This document shows, piece after piece, positions 18,143 to 27,242 of a stretch of 64,000 nt of DNA. The notes under the pieces are model-generated. The model saw only the letters and a list, made by a program, of their open reading frames with translations, ran no database searches and was not told the DNA's origin. A program made the position numbers and the translations under genes. The DNA is from Actinomycetota bacterium (lineage in GTDB: Bacteria; Actinomycetota; Acidimicrobiia; Acidimicrobiales; UBA10347). The stretch is from positions 396,240 through 460,239 of the forward strand of contig JBCCIC010000001.1 in the NCBI GenBank assembly GCA_039028435.1, in the 5' to 3' direction. Each line of letters begins with the position of its first letter. Within the stretch, counting starts at the first letter, position 1.

Positions 18143-19875
18143 TGCTTCGCTCACTCGCCAAACTCGTCGCCGACCCCACGGCGTTCCGCTCCTCCGTCGC
18201 TGGCATGGTCGCAACCGCGATCCTCCAGGGCATCGGCTTCGTGCTCCTCGTGCCCGTGCTTCGTGCCCTCATCGAGGGTGACAACGGTCGCGCCGCCTGG
18301 TGGCTGCTCGCCATGGTTCTGGCGCTCGTGGTGTTCGGCGTCCTCCGCCACGTGAGCCAGATTCAGGCGTATCACACGGCGATCGACGGGGGCCGAGCCC
18401 TCTTCGGCCGGCTCGGCGACAAGGTCTCCACCCTGCCACTCGGATGGTTCGACAGCGACCGCGTCGGCTCACTCAGCCGGATCACCGGCCAGGGAGTCAT
18501 CGATGTCATGGGCGTGCCGGCCCACCTGCTTCGAGCCGTGGTCACCGCCGTCACGACCCCGGTCGTCGTGGCTGTGATCATGTTCGCCTTCGACTGGCGT
18601 CTCGCGCTCGCGATGGTGCTCGCCCTTCCCGTCGCGTGGGTGGTGCTGCGCTGGGCAAGCAACCGCACCCAACGCTCGGAGCATCGGACGCACCACGCGT
18701 CGGCCGAAGCGACCAGTCGCGTGGTGGAATTCGCGCAGACCCAGGCGGTGCTCCGCAGTTGCGGTCGGACGGTCGACGGCTTTGCGATGCTCGACGACGC
18801 ACTCGTGGAGCGACGCAATGCCGGACGCAAGCTGATGGTCAACGCCGTTCCCGGATTGATCGGCTTCAGTGCCGTCGTGCAAGCCGCATTCGTCGCCCTC
18901 CTGGTCGTCGGAACGACGATTGCGGTGGGCGGATCGGTCGACGTACCCGAGCTCGTCGCCGTGCTGATCCTCGCCGTTCGGTTCATCGAGCCGCTCATCT
19001 TGGCGTCGGACATCTCCGGCGCGATCAAGATCGCCGAGAACGCCATCGACCGGGCGGAGACCCTGCTGGAGACACCCGTCCTGCCCGAACCGGCCTCGTC
19101 GACTCGGCCGACCGACGCCTCGGTCACGTTCGACGACGTGAGCTTTGGGTACGGCGATGACATCGTGATCGACGAGGCGTCGTTCACGATCGCCGCCGGT
19201 TCGATGGTGGCCCTCGTGGGACCCTCGGGTTCGGGCAAGACGACGATCGCCCGCCTCATCGCGCGGTTCTGGGACACCGACGAAGGGACGGTCGCCATCG
19301 GCGGGGTCGACGTGCGTGACATGTCCACGACTGACCTGATGGAGCAGGTGTCGATCGTCTTTCAGGACAACTACCTGTTCGCGGGCACGATTGAGGAGAA
19401 CGTCCTGCTCGCGAGACCCGAGGCGTTGCGAGCGGACCTCGAGCGGGTGGCCGCGCTCACCCGGCTCGACGAAGTGATCGAACGACTTCCCGCCGGATGG
19501 GAGAGCCCGGTCGGCGACGGCGGAACCCGCCTTTCCGGCGGTGAACGCCAGCGGGTGACCTTGGCTCGCGCCCTACTCAAGGACGCCCCGGTCATCCTCC
19601 TCGACGAAGCCACCGCAGCGATCGATCCGGCGAACGAGCAGGTGATCCAGGCCGCCATCGACAGCCTCCGCGGCAAGCACACGCTGATCGTGATCGCCCA
19701 CCGGTTGTCGACGATCGCATCGGCCGACGAGATCCTGGTGCTCGACGACGGTCGGATCGCCGAACGCGGTGGGCACGAGGATCTCCTCGCAGCCGGTGGC
19801 CGGTACGCGTCGTTCTGGCATCAGCGCGATCGAGCCTCCGGCTGGCGACTCGAGCGCAGCGGCGCAATGCCGTGA
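18139..19875 (+). CDS. Exporter-fold ABC half-transporter (IrtB/YbtQ-like), canonical NBD
   Basis: ATGA overlap with the upstream gene. [28 protein letters not shown] and IAHRLST. Confidence 0.9.
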   Translation: MMLRSLAKLVADPTAFRSSVAGMVATAILQGIGFVLLVPVLRALIEGDNGRAAWWLLAMVLALVVFGVLRHVSQIQAYHTAIDGGRALFGRLGDKVSTLPLGWFDSDRVGSLSRITGQGVIDVMGVPAHLLRAVVTAVTTPVVVAVIMFAFDWRLALAMVLALPVAWVVLRWASNRTQRSEHRTHHASAEATSRVVEFAQTQAVLRSCGRTVDGFAMLDDALVERRNAGRKLMVNAVPGLIGFSAVVQAAFVALLVVGTTIAVGGSVDVPELVAVLILAVRFIEPLILASDISGAIKIAENAIDRAETLLETPVLPEPASSTRPTDASVTFDDVSFGYGDDIVIDEASFTIAAGSMVALVGPSGSGKTTIARLIARFWDTDEGTVAIGGVDVRDMSTTDLMEQVSIVFQDNYLFAGTIEENVLLARPEALRADLERVAALTRLDEVIERLPAGWESPVGDGGTRLSGGERQRVTLARALLKDAPVILLDEATAAIDPANEQVIQAAIDSLRGKHTLIVIAHRLSTIASADEILVLDDGRIAERGGHEDLLAAGGRYASFWHQRDRASGWRLERSGAMP

Positions 19876-20594
19876 GCGTCGCTCGAACGGTTCGCCAGTT
19901 CACGATCAAGAACCGGGCGACGGTGACCTCCGCCGAGCCGGTCGGCGATGGCCTGCTTCACGTCCGGGCGACGATGGCCCAGCCGAACGTTGCCTGGAAG
20001 CCGGGCCAAGCCGTCGCGCTCGTCGTCGATCCCGAGGGCAAGTCGATGAAGGACCGCTGGCGTCACTACACGGTCCGAGCCTGCGACCGCGAGGCCGGCA
20101 CGATCGACTTTCTGATGGCCCGCCACGACGCCTCGACACCCGGCGGTCGTTTCATCGACAACCTCGCAGCCGGACGCGAGTTCACCTTCATGGGTCCCGG
20201 GGGCTCTCCCGTCGTCGAGCACGGCGCCCGGGGCTACCTGTTCGCCGGTGATCGCACGAGTGTGGCGTCAATCTCCGCGATGCTCGATTCGCTCAGTGAG
20301 CGCACTCCTAACGTGCGGGCAACGGTGATCATGGCGACGCCGAACCCACGCGCGGCCGCGCTCCCCACCTCGGTTGAGCACGACGTCACCTGGGTGGCTG
20401 CGACCACGGCCGAGGAGATCGCGGCGAACGTGGTCGATGCGCTGCCGCCGACCATCCCGAGCGCGAGCCGCGCCTACGTCACCGGCGAGATGACCATGAT
20501 GCGGGACGTGCGGAGGGCACTCGGCGAACGTGGTCTCGGGCGCCGCCACATCGGCTGCCATGCCCACTGGACGCCTGGTCGACGGGGGATGTGA
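19872..20594 (+). CDS. Siderophore-interacting protein (SIP, short form)
   Basis: GTGA overlap with the upstream ABC gene. FNR-family FAD motif RHYTVR; C-terminus ..MTMMRDVRRALGERGLGRRHIGCHAHWTPG. Confidence 0.85.
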   Translation: MSVARTVRQFTIKNRATVTSAEPVGDGLLHVRATMAQPNVAWKPGQAVALVVDPEGKSMKDRWRHYTVRACDREAGTIDFLMARHDASTPGGRFIDNLAAGREFTFMGPGGSPVVEHGARGYLFAGDRTSVASISAMLDSLSERTPNVRATVIMATPNPRAAALPTSVEHDVTWVAATTAEEIAANVVDALPPTIPSASRAYVTGEMTMMRDVRRALGERGLGRRHIGCHAHWTPGRRGM

Positions 20595-20602
20595 GCCGGG
20601 CC

Positions 20603-21985
20603 TCAGCCTGGGCTGGGCTCGTGCCTATGACCGTGTTCGTGCCCGTGCTCGTGACCATGGCGATGCACCCGCAGCGGAATCCGGTGCTCTGCGTGGACGT
20701 GACCGTGTGAACCCCAGTGAACGTGGAGATGACTGTGCTGGTGCGCGACCCGCTCGCGGTCGATGTCGGTTGCATCGATTGCCAGCCGTTGGAACAGCAT
20801 CACGAGCGTCCACAGGACTGCACCCACGATCGCGCCGAGCGTGAGCGTCGGACCGAGCGCAAGATCGGCGAGGCCGATCCCGATCATGACGGCGCCGAAT
20901 GCGAGCCGACCACCGAGGCTGGCCAGCGACAGGAAGCTCGCCCGCGCCTGGCGATCGATGTGACGGCCGACGATTGCGGGTGCAATGACCGACGCCGACG
21001 CCCGCGGTAGCACGCGGAGCGGAAGCAGCGCGAGGATCCACGGTGAGATGGTGAGCGCCATCACCACGAGCACGGCGACGGGAACGACCGCCGCGACGAC
21101 GAGCGTCGTCACCGAACCGAAGCGATCCGCCATCGCCGGTACCCGCGACACGATGAACGCACCCATGAGTGCGGCCGCCGCAGCCGACACGCCCGTGATC
21201 AGCGCCGCGTCGCGCAACGACGAAGCACCGATCGACTCGGCCAGGTACGGGCCTGACAGGTCGGCGACCAGATGGATCACCACCACCTGGAACACGAGGT
21301 AGACCGCAACCCACAACAGCGCAGGGTGCCGCAGTCCGCGAGCGATCCCGAACCGTCCAGATTCGGCCGTCTCGCTCGGCGATCCGCTCAGCGCCGTGTC
21401 ATCAGCGGGCTCGCCGGGCACAGCCGGTTCGACGAGGCGGGATGCAACGATCCCCTGCGCACAGGCAGCCAGCGCAGACAACGCAAACGGCACCCGCAGA
21501 TCGATCAGGCCCACCGCGCCACCGAGCAGCGCCGATCCGGCGGTGACGAGCAGGAGTCGTTGTCGGGACCTCGCTTCACGCTCGACGAACTCATCGCTGC
21601 GACCGAGCGCTTCGAGCGTGTCGAAGTGGAAGGTCACGTCGGTGCCGGACAGAAACGCGTAGCCGGCGGCCAGTAGGACCTGGGCGGCCAGCAATCCAGC
21701 CACGTTCGGCGCGAACACAAAGGTGAGATGACTCGCGATCCAGGTGCCGGTCACGAGCCGAAGCGCGAGCACGCGTCCCAGGCGATCGCTGAGCCAGCCG
21801 GTTGGCAACTCGAGGACCACAACAGCGATGTAGTACACGGCCTGCACGGACAAGGCGCGGGCGAAGCCGAGCTCCTCGACGAGGAAGAGGACGATCGTCG
21901 GCATCCAGAAGAGCGCGCCCGCGAACATCTGATGGAGCGGGTAGAGCCGCAGGTTGTTCTCGAGTCGCGCGCTCACGCCACCCAC
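20603..21985 (-). CDS. MFS transporter with a histidine-rich C-terminal tail
   Basis: About 12 hydrophobic segments and an MFS-type loop (GWLSDRLGR). The last 48 residues contain 17 His (..HQHSHLHVHWGSHGHVHAEH..HRHGHEHGHEHGHRHE..). Confidence 0.8.
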   Translation of the reverse strand: MGGVSARLENNLRLYPLHQMFAGALFWMPTIVLFLVEELGFARALSVQAVYYIAVVVLELPTGWLSDRLGRVLALRLVTGTWIASHLTFVFAPNVAGLLAAQVLLAAGYAFLSGTDVTFHFDTLEALGRSDEFVEREARSRQRLLLVTAGSALLGGAVGLIDLRVPFALSALAACAQGIVASRLVEPAVPGEPADDTALSGSPSETAESGRFGIARGLRHPALLWVAVYLVFQVVVIHLVADLSGPYLAESIGASSLRDAALITGVSAAAAALMGAFIVSRVPAMADRFGSVTTLVVAAVVPVAVLVVMALTISPWILALLPLRVLPRASASVIAPAIVGRHIDRQARASFLSLASLGGRLAFGAVMIGIGLADLALGPTLTLGAIVGAVLWTLVMLFQRLAIDATDIDRERVAHQHSHLHVHWGSHGHVHAEHRIPLRVHRHGHEHGHEHGHRHEPSPG

Positions 21986-22018
21986 ACTACGGCTCGGCCC
22001 CGTTGAGGTCAGGCCAGA

Positions 22019-22792
22019 TCAGGTCGCCGAAGGAGCTGGCCCGGCCAGGCGCCGCACGGCAAGCGCACCGAACCCGATGATCAGCACCGCGGCCCACAGG
22101 ATCGCCCAGAGCACCGGTCGCCCGAGATCGCCGCCGCGACCCAACCGGTCGAGTACCCGCACGAACGCGGCCACCGGCGAGGCGCGCACGATCGGCTGCG
22201 CCCAGTCCGGGTACGCCTCGATCGGCACCATCGCTGCGGACATGAACATGAGCACCAGATAGAGGGCCCCTAGCGGGGCACTCAGCGCTTCGGTGGTCTT
22301 GGTCATCGTGGCGAACGCCAGTCCCGGCATCGTCATGGCGATGCCGATGAGGACGGCCACGGGAAAGATCAGCAGTGTCCGCAGTGCACCGCCCTCGAAG
22401 CGAAAGCCGAGCGCGTACCCGACGCTGCCGAGCACCAGCAGTGCCGCAGCGGCGCGCACGACCTCGGCGGCGACGACACCGACGATCGTCGTCGAGGGTC
22501 GAACCGGCATGGTGCGGATTCGGGCCATGAAGCCGGTCTGGATGTCCTTCTGCAATCCGACGGCGGCACCGACGGATCCGAACATCAAGCCGGAGACGAC
22601 CAGCCCAGGAACGAGGCGTTGGGCGTAGTTGTCGCCCTCGAACGCCTCGACCGACGTTGCGAAGGCGGCAAAGATGGCGAACAACAGCAGCAGCGGGAAG
22701 ATGACCGTGTTCACGATCGCCTCGGGCGACCGGACGAATCGCCGCACGGCGCGACCACTGAACGTCGCAGCCGAGATGTGCCAGGGCGTCAT
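22019..22792 (-). CDS. ABC-2 type exporter permease
   Basis: ATG 22792 overlaps the upstream stop (ATGA). About 6 TM segments; N-terminus RRFVRSPEAIVNTVIFPLLLL is typical of ABC-2/DrrB-like permeases. Confidence 0.8.
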   Translation of the reverse strand: MTPWHISAATFSGRAVRRFVRSPEAIVNTVIFPLLLLFAIFAAFATSVEAFEGDNYAQRLVPGLVVSGLMFGSVGAAVGLQKDIQTGFMARIRTMPVRPSTTIVGVVAAEVVRAAAALLVLGSVGYALGFRFEGGALRTLLIFPVAVLIGIAMTMPGLAFATMTKTTEALSAPLGALYLVLMFMSAAMVPIEAYPDWAQPIVRASPVAAFVRVLDRLGRGGDLGRPVLWAILWAAVLIIGFGALAVRRLAGPAPSAT

Positions 22793-23553
22793 CGCGACAC
22801 CGCCCGATCGGTGAGCCTCACGCTCATCGCGGTGAAGACCAAGACCAGCACGACAGACCACATGACCGTGCGAGTCACCGTGGTCGAAATGTCGCCATCG
22901 CCGGCGAGTGCCCGCAGCGCGTCAATTGCCGAGGTCACCGGTTGCCACTCGACGAATGGTTGCAACCAACCGGGAAAGTCGTCGACCGGGGCGAACCCGC
23001 TCGACAACATGATCAGTGGGAGATACGGGATCGATGCCAACGAAGCGGCCGAGTCCCTCGTCGGGGCGACCAGGCCGATGAGCCCCATGCCGAGCGACAT
23101 CGTGACGGCAAACGCAACCGCCACCAAGACATAGCCGGCCGCCGCGGCTGCGCCGGCCGTGAAACGCATGCCGGTGGCGACACCGACACCGACGACGACC
23201 GCGATCGACAAAAGCGACCGGGCCGCGTCGGCGAAGGTACGCGCCAGGAGGGGCGACGCTCGATGAATCGGAAGGGACCGCAGGCGACTGAGCATCCCGG
23301 TCGTGCGGTCGTCGGCGACGTAGTAGGCCGCCGACATACCTGCGAACATCATCGCCTGAATCACGACGGTCGACGGCAGCAGCTGGGCGTAGTCGAACCC
23401 CTGTGCCGCCATCACCCGGCGCATCACGAGGTTGAACAACCCGAGGAACAGCAACGGGAATAGCACCGCGCTCATGATCGAGGCCGGGTTCCGTGCCGAT
23501 CGGACGATCGCCCGCCGGGCCAGGATCGATGTGTCGGCGACGAGTGCGCTCAC
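22789..23553 (-). CDS. ABC-2 type exporter permease
   Basis: Paralogous to the downstream permease (RSARNPASIMSAVLFPLLFL). Overlaps the ATPase gene stop. Confidence 0.8.
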   Translation of the reverse strand: MSALVADTSILARRAIVRSARNPASIMSAVLFPLLFLGLFNLVMRRVMAAQGFDYAQLLPSTVVIQAMMFAGMSAAYYVADDRTTGMLSRLRSLPIHRASPLLARTFADAARSLLSIAVVVGVGVATGMRFTAGAAAAAGYVLVAVAFAVTMSLGMGLIGLVAPTRDSAASLASIPYLPLIMLSSGFAPVDDFPGWLQPFVEWQPVTSAIDALRALAGDGDISTTVTRTVMWSVVLVLVFTAMSVRLTDRAVSR

Positions 23554-24548
23554 GATGCGCCCACCGACTCGGTGTCCGTCGCTTCGATGGGCGACGAGTC
23601 CTCGGTGAGGGCGAAGAACACGTCGTCGAGCGTCGGTTGGCGCAGGGAGACGTCGGCGACGGCAACACCAGCCTCGCCGAGCGCGGTCACGATCGACACC
23701 AACTCATCGGCGCCGGCATTGGCGACGGTGACTGAGCCCGTTTCGGCATCGACCGTGGTCTCGCCGAACGCCTGGAGCCGCTCGGCGACCGACGGGAGCT
23801 GGGCGGCGTCGACGAGGGTCACGGCACACGAGGTTGCACCCAGCTGACCCTTGAGTTCAGCCGGCGTGCCGGAGGCCACGATCCGACCATGGTTCAACAC
23901 GACGATGTCGTCGGCGAGTTGGTCGGCCTCTTCGAGGTATTGCGTCGTGAGGATCACGGTCAAGCCGCCATCACGCAGCTCGCGCACCGCCTCCCACACC
24001 TCGGCCCGGCTGCGGGGGTCGAGGCCGGTCGTCGGCTCATCGAGGAAGAGCACCGCCGGGGGAACCACGAGACTCGCCGCGATGTCGAGCCGCCGTCGCA
24101 TGCCGCCCGAGTACGTTCCCGAACGGCGCTCGCCGGCTTCGGCCAGCGAGAACTGGTCGAGCAGCAGGTCGGCGCGAGCCGCTGCTTCGCCCCGACCGAG
24201 ACCCCGCAGCCGGGCGAACATCTCGAGGTTCTCACGACCGGTGAGCACCTCGTCTACGGCAGCGAACTGGCCGGTCAGGGCGATCCGCTCGCGCACGGCA
24301 TCGGGCTCATCGACCACGCTGTGACCGGCGATCGTGGCCGTTCCGGAATCCGGCTGAACGAGCGTTGCCAGGATCTCCACCGTTGTCGTCTTGCCGGCAC
24401 CATTCGGCCCGAGCAGACCGAGCACGGTTCCCGGTCGTGCCTCGAACGTGACACCCGCGAGCGCGTGCACCTCGCCGAACGACTTGGTGAGGGCCTCGAC
24501 CCGCACCCCGCCGCCGGCCGAGTTCTGGGCAACATCTGGCTCGTTCAT
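23550..24548 (-). CDS. ABC exporter ATPase (DrrA/daunorubicin-resistance-like)
   Basis: GLLGPNGAGKTTT, YSGGMRRRLDIA and LFLDEPTTGLD, with the ~100-aa C-terminal domain typical of DrrA-type ATPases. Confidence 0.9.
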   Translation of the reverse strand: MNEPDVAQNSAGGGVRVEALTKSFGEVHALAGVTFEARPGTVLGLLGPNGAGKTTTVEILATLVQPDSGTATIAGHSVVDEPDAVRERIALTGQFAAVDEVLTGRENLEMFARLRGLGRGEAAARADLLLDQFSLAEAGERRSGTYSGGMRRRLDIAASLVVPPAVLFLDEPTTGLDPRSRAEVWEAVRELRDGGLTVILTTQYLEEADQLADDIVVLNHGRIVASGTPAELKGQLGATSCAVTLVDAAQLPSVAERLQAFGETTVDAETGSVTVANAGADELVSIVTALGEAGVAVADVSLRQPTLDDVFFALTEDSSPIEATDTESVGAS

Positions 24549-24600
24549 GCCTCCCCAATCAGCTTGTAGACAGGATTCTTACAGTACCCCTTGTGTTTGG

Positions 24601-24621
24601 TGATAGGCACGCCTAACTTCG
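24601..24621 (+). promoter_or_regulatory. TGATAGGCACGCCTAAC box (DtxR/IdeR-like) in a divergent promoter region
   Basis: 24603-24621 matches the DtxR consensus at 12/19, including GCCTAAC. It shares the 12-mer TGATAGGYAYGC with 28404 and 57902 (reverse complement). Confidence 0.45.
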
Positions 24622-24653
24622 CGCACTGATCCGTCGTCCCGAGGGGGCCCGCT

Positions 24654-27203
24654 GTGTTCCATATCCATCCCTGGCTGGCGTCATTGCTCGCCGTCCTGCT
24701 CTCCATCGCACTCCTCGCCACCGCATGTGGCGGGAGCGACGACACCGGCTCCAGGAGTGACTCGACCTCCGCGAGCGAGACGTCCACATCCTCCAGCGAA
24801 TCGTCGGATGCGTCCAGCGCTTCCGGCTCCGGCAGCGCGTCCGCGAGCGATGAGTCCGAAGAACCCGATGCTGATGAAAGCGCTGGCGACCGGGCGTCGT
24901 CATCCGGAACCGGCGAGACGGTCGTCGTGGCCGACGTGCTCGGCGACGTCGAGGTGACCGTCACGTCCGACGGCGTGTACGCCCTCGACGAGTTTGCCGG
25001 CATCGCCTTGCTCACGCTCGGCGTCACCCCGATCGCCGTCGACGCACTGTTCGAGGACGACGAACTCCGGCCCGTGCCGGAGTCGCTCGACATCCCGATC
25101 AACCCGACGAACAACCTCGAGGCGCTCGCCGCCGCCATGCCCGAGCTGATCCTCGGCATCGGCCATCCGAACTTCCTAGAGGTCCGCGAGCAGCACAACG
25201 CCATCGCATCGACCGTCACACCCGATTTCACCGACACCTGGCAGAACCAGACGCTGGTCTTCGCGACCGCCACCGGAACCGAGGAACGTGCGGAGACCGT
25301 CATCACCACGGTCGAGGCCCGCACCGCCGAGCTGCGCAGTCGGATCGACGGCGCCGGGCTCAGCGGTGCACGGATCTCGATCATCCAAACCTTCGGCCCG
25401 GAGTTCTGGGCGTATGGGCCGTCGACCCTCGTCGGCACCTTGGTGGAGGATCTCGGATTCACGCGCTCCGAACTCCAGTCCGGCGGTGGAGACTTCGGCT
25501 TCATTCCCGTCGCCGAGGAGTTCCTCACCGAGGAGACGACCGCCGAGATCGTGATCGGGATGACAGGAGATGTCGGCGACTCGCTGACCGTCTTCGACAG
25601 CCCGGTCGTCGACCCCGGCGATGCATTCGCCGCCGAAGTCGTCCGCACCTGGTCGGCCAACAATGCGCTGGCCGCATGGATCATCCTGGACGACCTCGAG
25701 TCGATCCTCTTCGGTGACGGCACCACGACCGACCGAGAGGAGATCCTCGACGCCTGGGACGACCTGCTTGGGGCCATCGACGCCGTCGAGTCGGGTGACG
25801 TCGTCATCGAAGAGGACACGCGCTTCCCGCGCACGATCGAACACTCGCTCGGCGAAACCACGCTGGACGAGGAGCCGAGGACGATCGTTCCGCTCTTCGG
25901 CGAGATTCTCGGAGAACAGCTGATCGCACTCGGCATCACGCCGGCCGGCGCACTCCCCTACCAGAGCCCGTTGCCGGCCACCGGGGAGACCTACGGACTC
26001 GAAGCCCTCTACGACGTCACGCCAATCGGCACCGGCTTCGAGCCGAGCCTCGAGCTGATCGCCGCACTCGAGCCGGACCTGATCATCAGCGATGACCAGT
26101 TCTTCGCCGCCGTGTACGAGCCGCTGAGCGGCATCGCCCCGACCTATGCGCTCGACATCTTCTCCGACGACTGGCAGGCGAACTTCCGACTCGTCGCCGA
26201 GGTCGTCGGGCGGGAAGACCGAGCCGAGGAGGTCATCGCCGAATACGAAGCGCGGGTGGATTCGCTGCGCCCTGACGTCGAAGCGTTCTTCGACGGCAAG
26301 TCGGTCGCGGTGATGCAGGAGACCTTGGCCAACGAGCAGTCCGCCGGCGGTGAGGCTGGTGCCCGGATCTACGGTGCAGATACGAACCCCGGACGCTTCC
26401 TGGCCGATCTCGGCGTGGACGTGTGGGAGCCCGCCGATCCCGGTGGTTCGGAGATCGCCCCGTCGACGTACGAGATCAGTACCGAGGCGATCACGACCGT
26501 CGACGCCGACGCCGTCCTGTACCTGATCGAGCCGGAGCGGTTCGTCGACCCCGAAGCCGTCGAGGCGAGCGCCATCTGGCAGGCCACGCCCGCCGTCGGT
26601 TCCGGCCAGTTGTACTTCCTCGACTTCGGCACCCAGGTGCGACTCGGCGGACCCCTCCACAAGTTCATCGCCATGGACGCGGTCGAGGCCCTGATCACCG
26701 GCGGTGAGACCGGCGGAGTCGGCGACGTACCCGATCCGGTGCTGCCCGAGCCGACGATCACGACGGTCGTCGACGTCGCCGGCGAGGAAGGCTCCACGCT
26801 GATTCCGCAGTTCTCGGCCTTCTCGCCGGACTTCGCGGCAGCGGTCGGTGGTGAGGGTCCGGTGACCGCATTCCTTCCGAGCGACGACGGCCTCTTCGCC
26901 GTGCAGGGAAGCAACGCAGAATTTGCGGCTGCCCTCCAAGAGGACTTCGAGCTACTCGACGAGGTGTTGCGCTACCACGCGATCGCAGGCGTCGCCCTCA
27001 CGGCCGAAGAGGTCATCGCCGCCGGCGAGCTCGAAACCTTGTTGGGCGAGTCGATCACCGTCGAGGTCGTCGGAGACGAGGTCGTGCTGAACGGCGGCCA
27101 AGCCCGGGTCTCCGCCGCCGACCTGGTCGCCGACAACGGCATCGCCCACGTGATCGACAGCGTGCTCATTCCGCCATCGCGAGCTGCCGAATTCGGCGGC
27201 TGA
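24654..27203 (+). CDS. Lipoprotein with two tandem class III siderophore-binding domains and a C-terminal fasciclin (FAS1) domain
   Basis: GTG start after GAGGGGG. Lipobox LLATAC, then a Ser/Asp-rich linker. Two PBP-like units at about 24910-25740 and about 25821-26700. FAS1 motifs at about 26761-27180: TAFLPSDDGLFA, LRYHAIAG, ADNGIAHVIDSVLIP. Confidence 0.8.
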   Translation: MFHIHPWLASLLAVLLSIALLATACGGSDDTGSRSDSTSASETSTSSSESSDASSASGSGSASASDESEEPDADESAGDRASSSGTGETVVVADVLGDVEVTVTSDGVYALDEFAGIALLTLGVTPIAVDALFEDDELRPVPESLDIPINPTNNLEALAAAMPELILGIGHPNFLEVREQHNAIASTVTPDFTDTWQNQTLVFATATGTEERAETVITTVEARTAELRSRIDGAGLSGARISIIQTFGPEFWAYGPSTLVGTLVEDLGFTRSELQSGGGDFGFIPVAEEFLTEETTAEIVIGMTGDVGDSLTVFDSPVVDPGDAFAAEVVRTWSANNALAAWIILDDLESILFGDGTTTDREEILDAWDDLLGAIDAVESGDVVIEEDTRFPRTIEHSLGETTLDEEPRTIVPLFGEILGEQLIALGITPAGALPYQSPLPATGETYGLEALYDVTPIGTGFEPSLELIAALEPDLIISDDQFFAAVYEPLSGIAPTYALDIFSDDWQANFRLVAEVVGREDRAEEVIAEYEARVDSLRPDVEAFFDGKSVAVMQETLANEQSAGGEAGARIYGADTNPGRFLADLGVDVWEPADPGGSEIAPSTYEISTEAITTVDADAVLYLIEPERFVDPEAVEASAIWQATPAVGSGQLYFLDFGTQVRLGGPLHKFIAMDAVEALITGGETGGVGDVPDPVLPEPTITTVVDVAGEEGSTLIPQFSAFSPDFAAAVGGEGPVTAFLPSDDGLFAVQGSNAEFAAALQEDFELLDEVLRYHAIAGVALTAEEVIAAGELETLLGESITVEVVGDEVVLNGGQARVSAADLVADNGIAHVIDSVLIPPSRAAEFGG

Positions 27204-27242
27204 GATCGCTGGCCGATCCGCAGAGTTCTAGGGTCCCGACTC

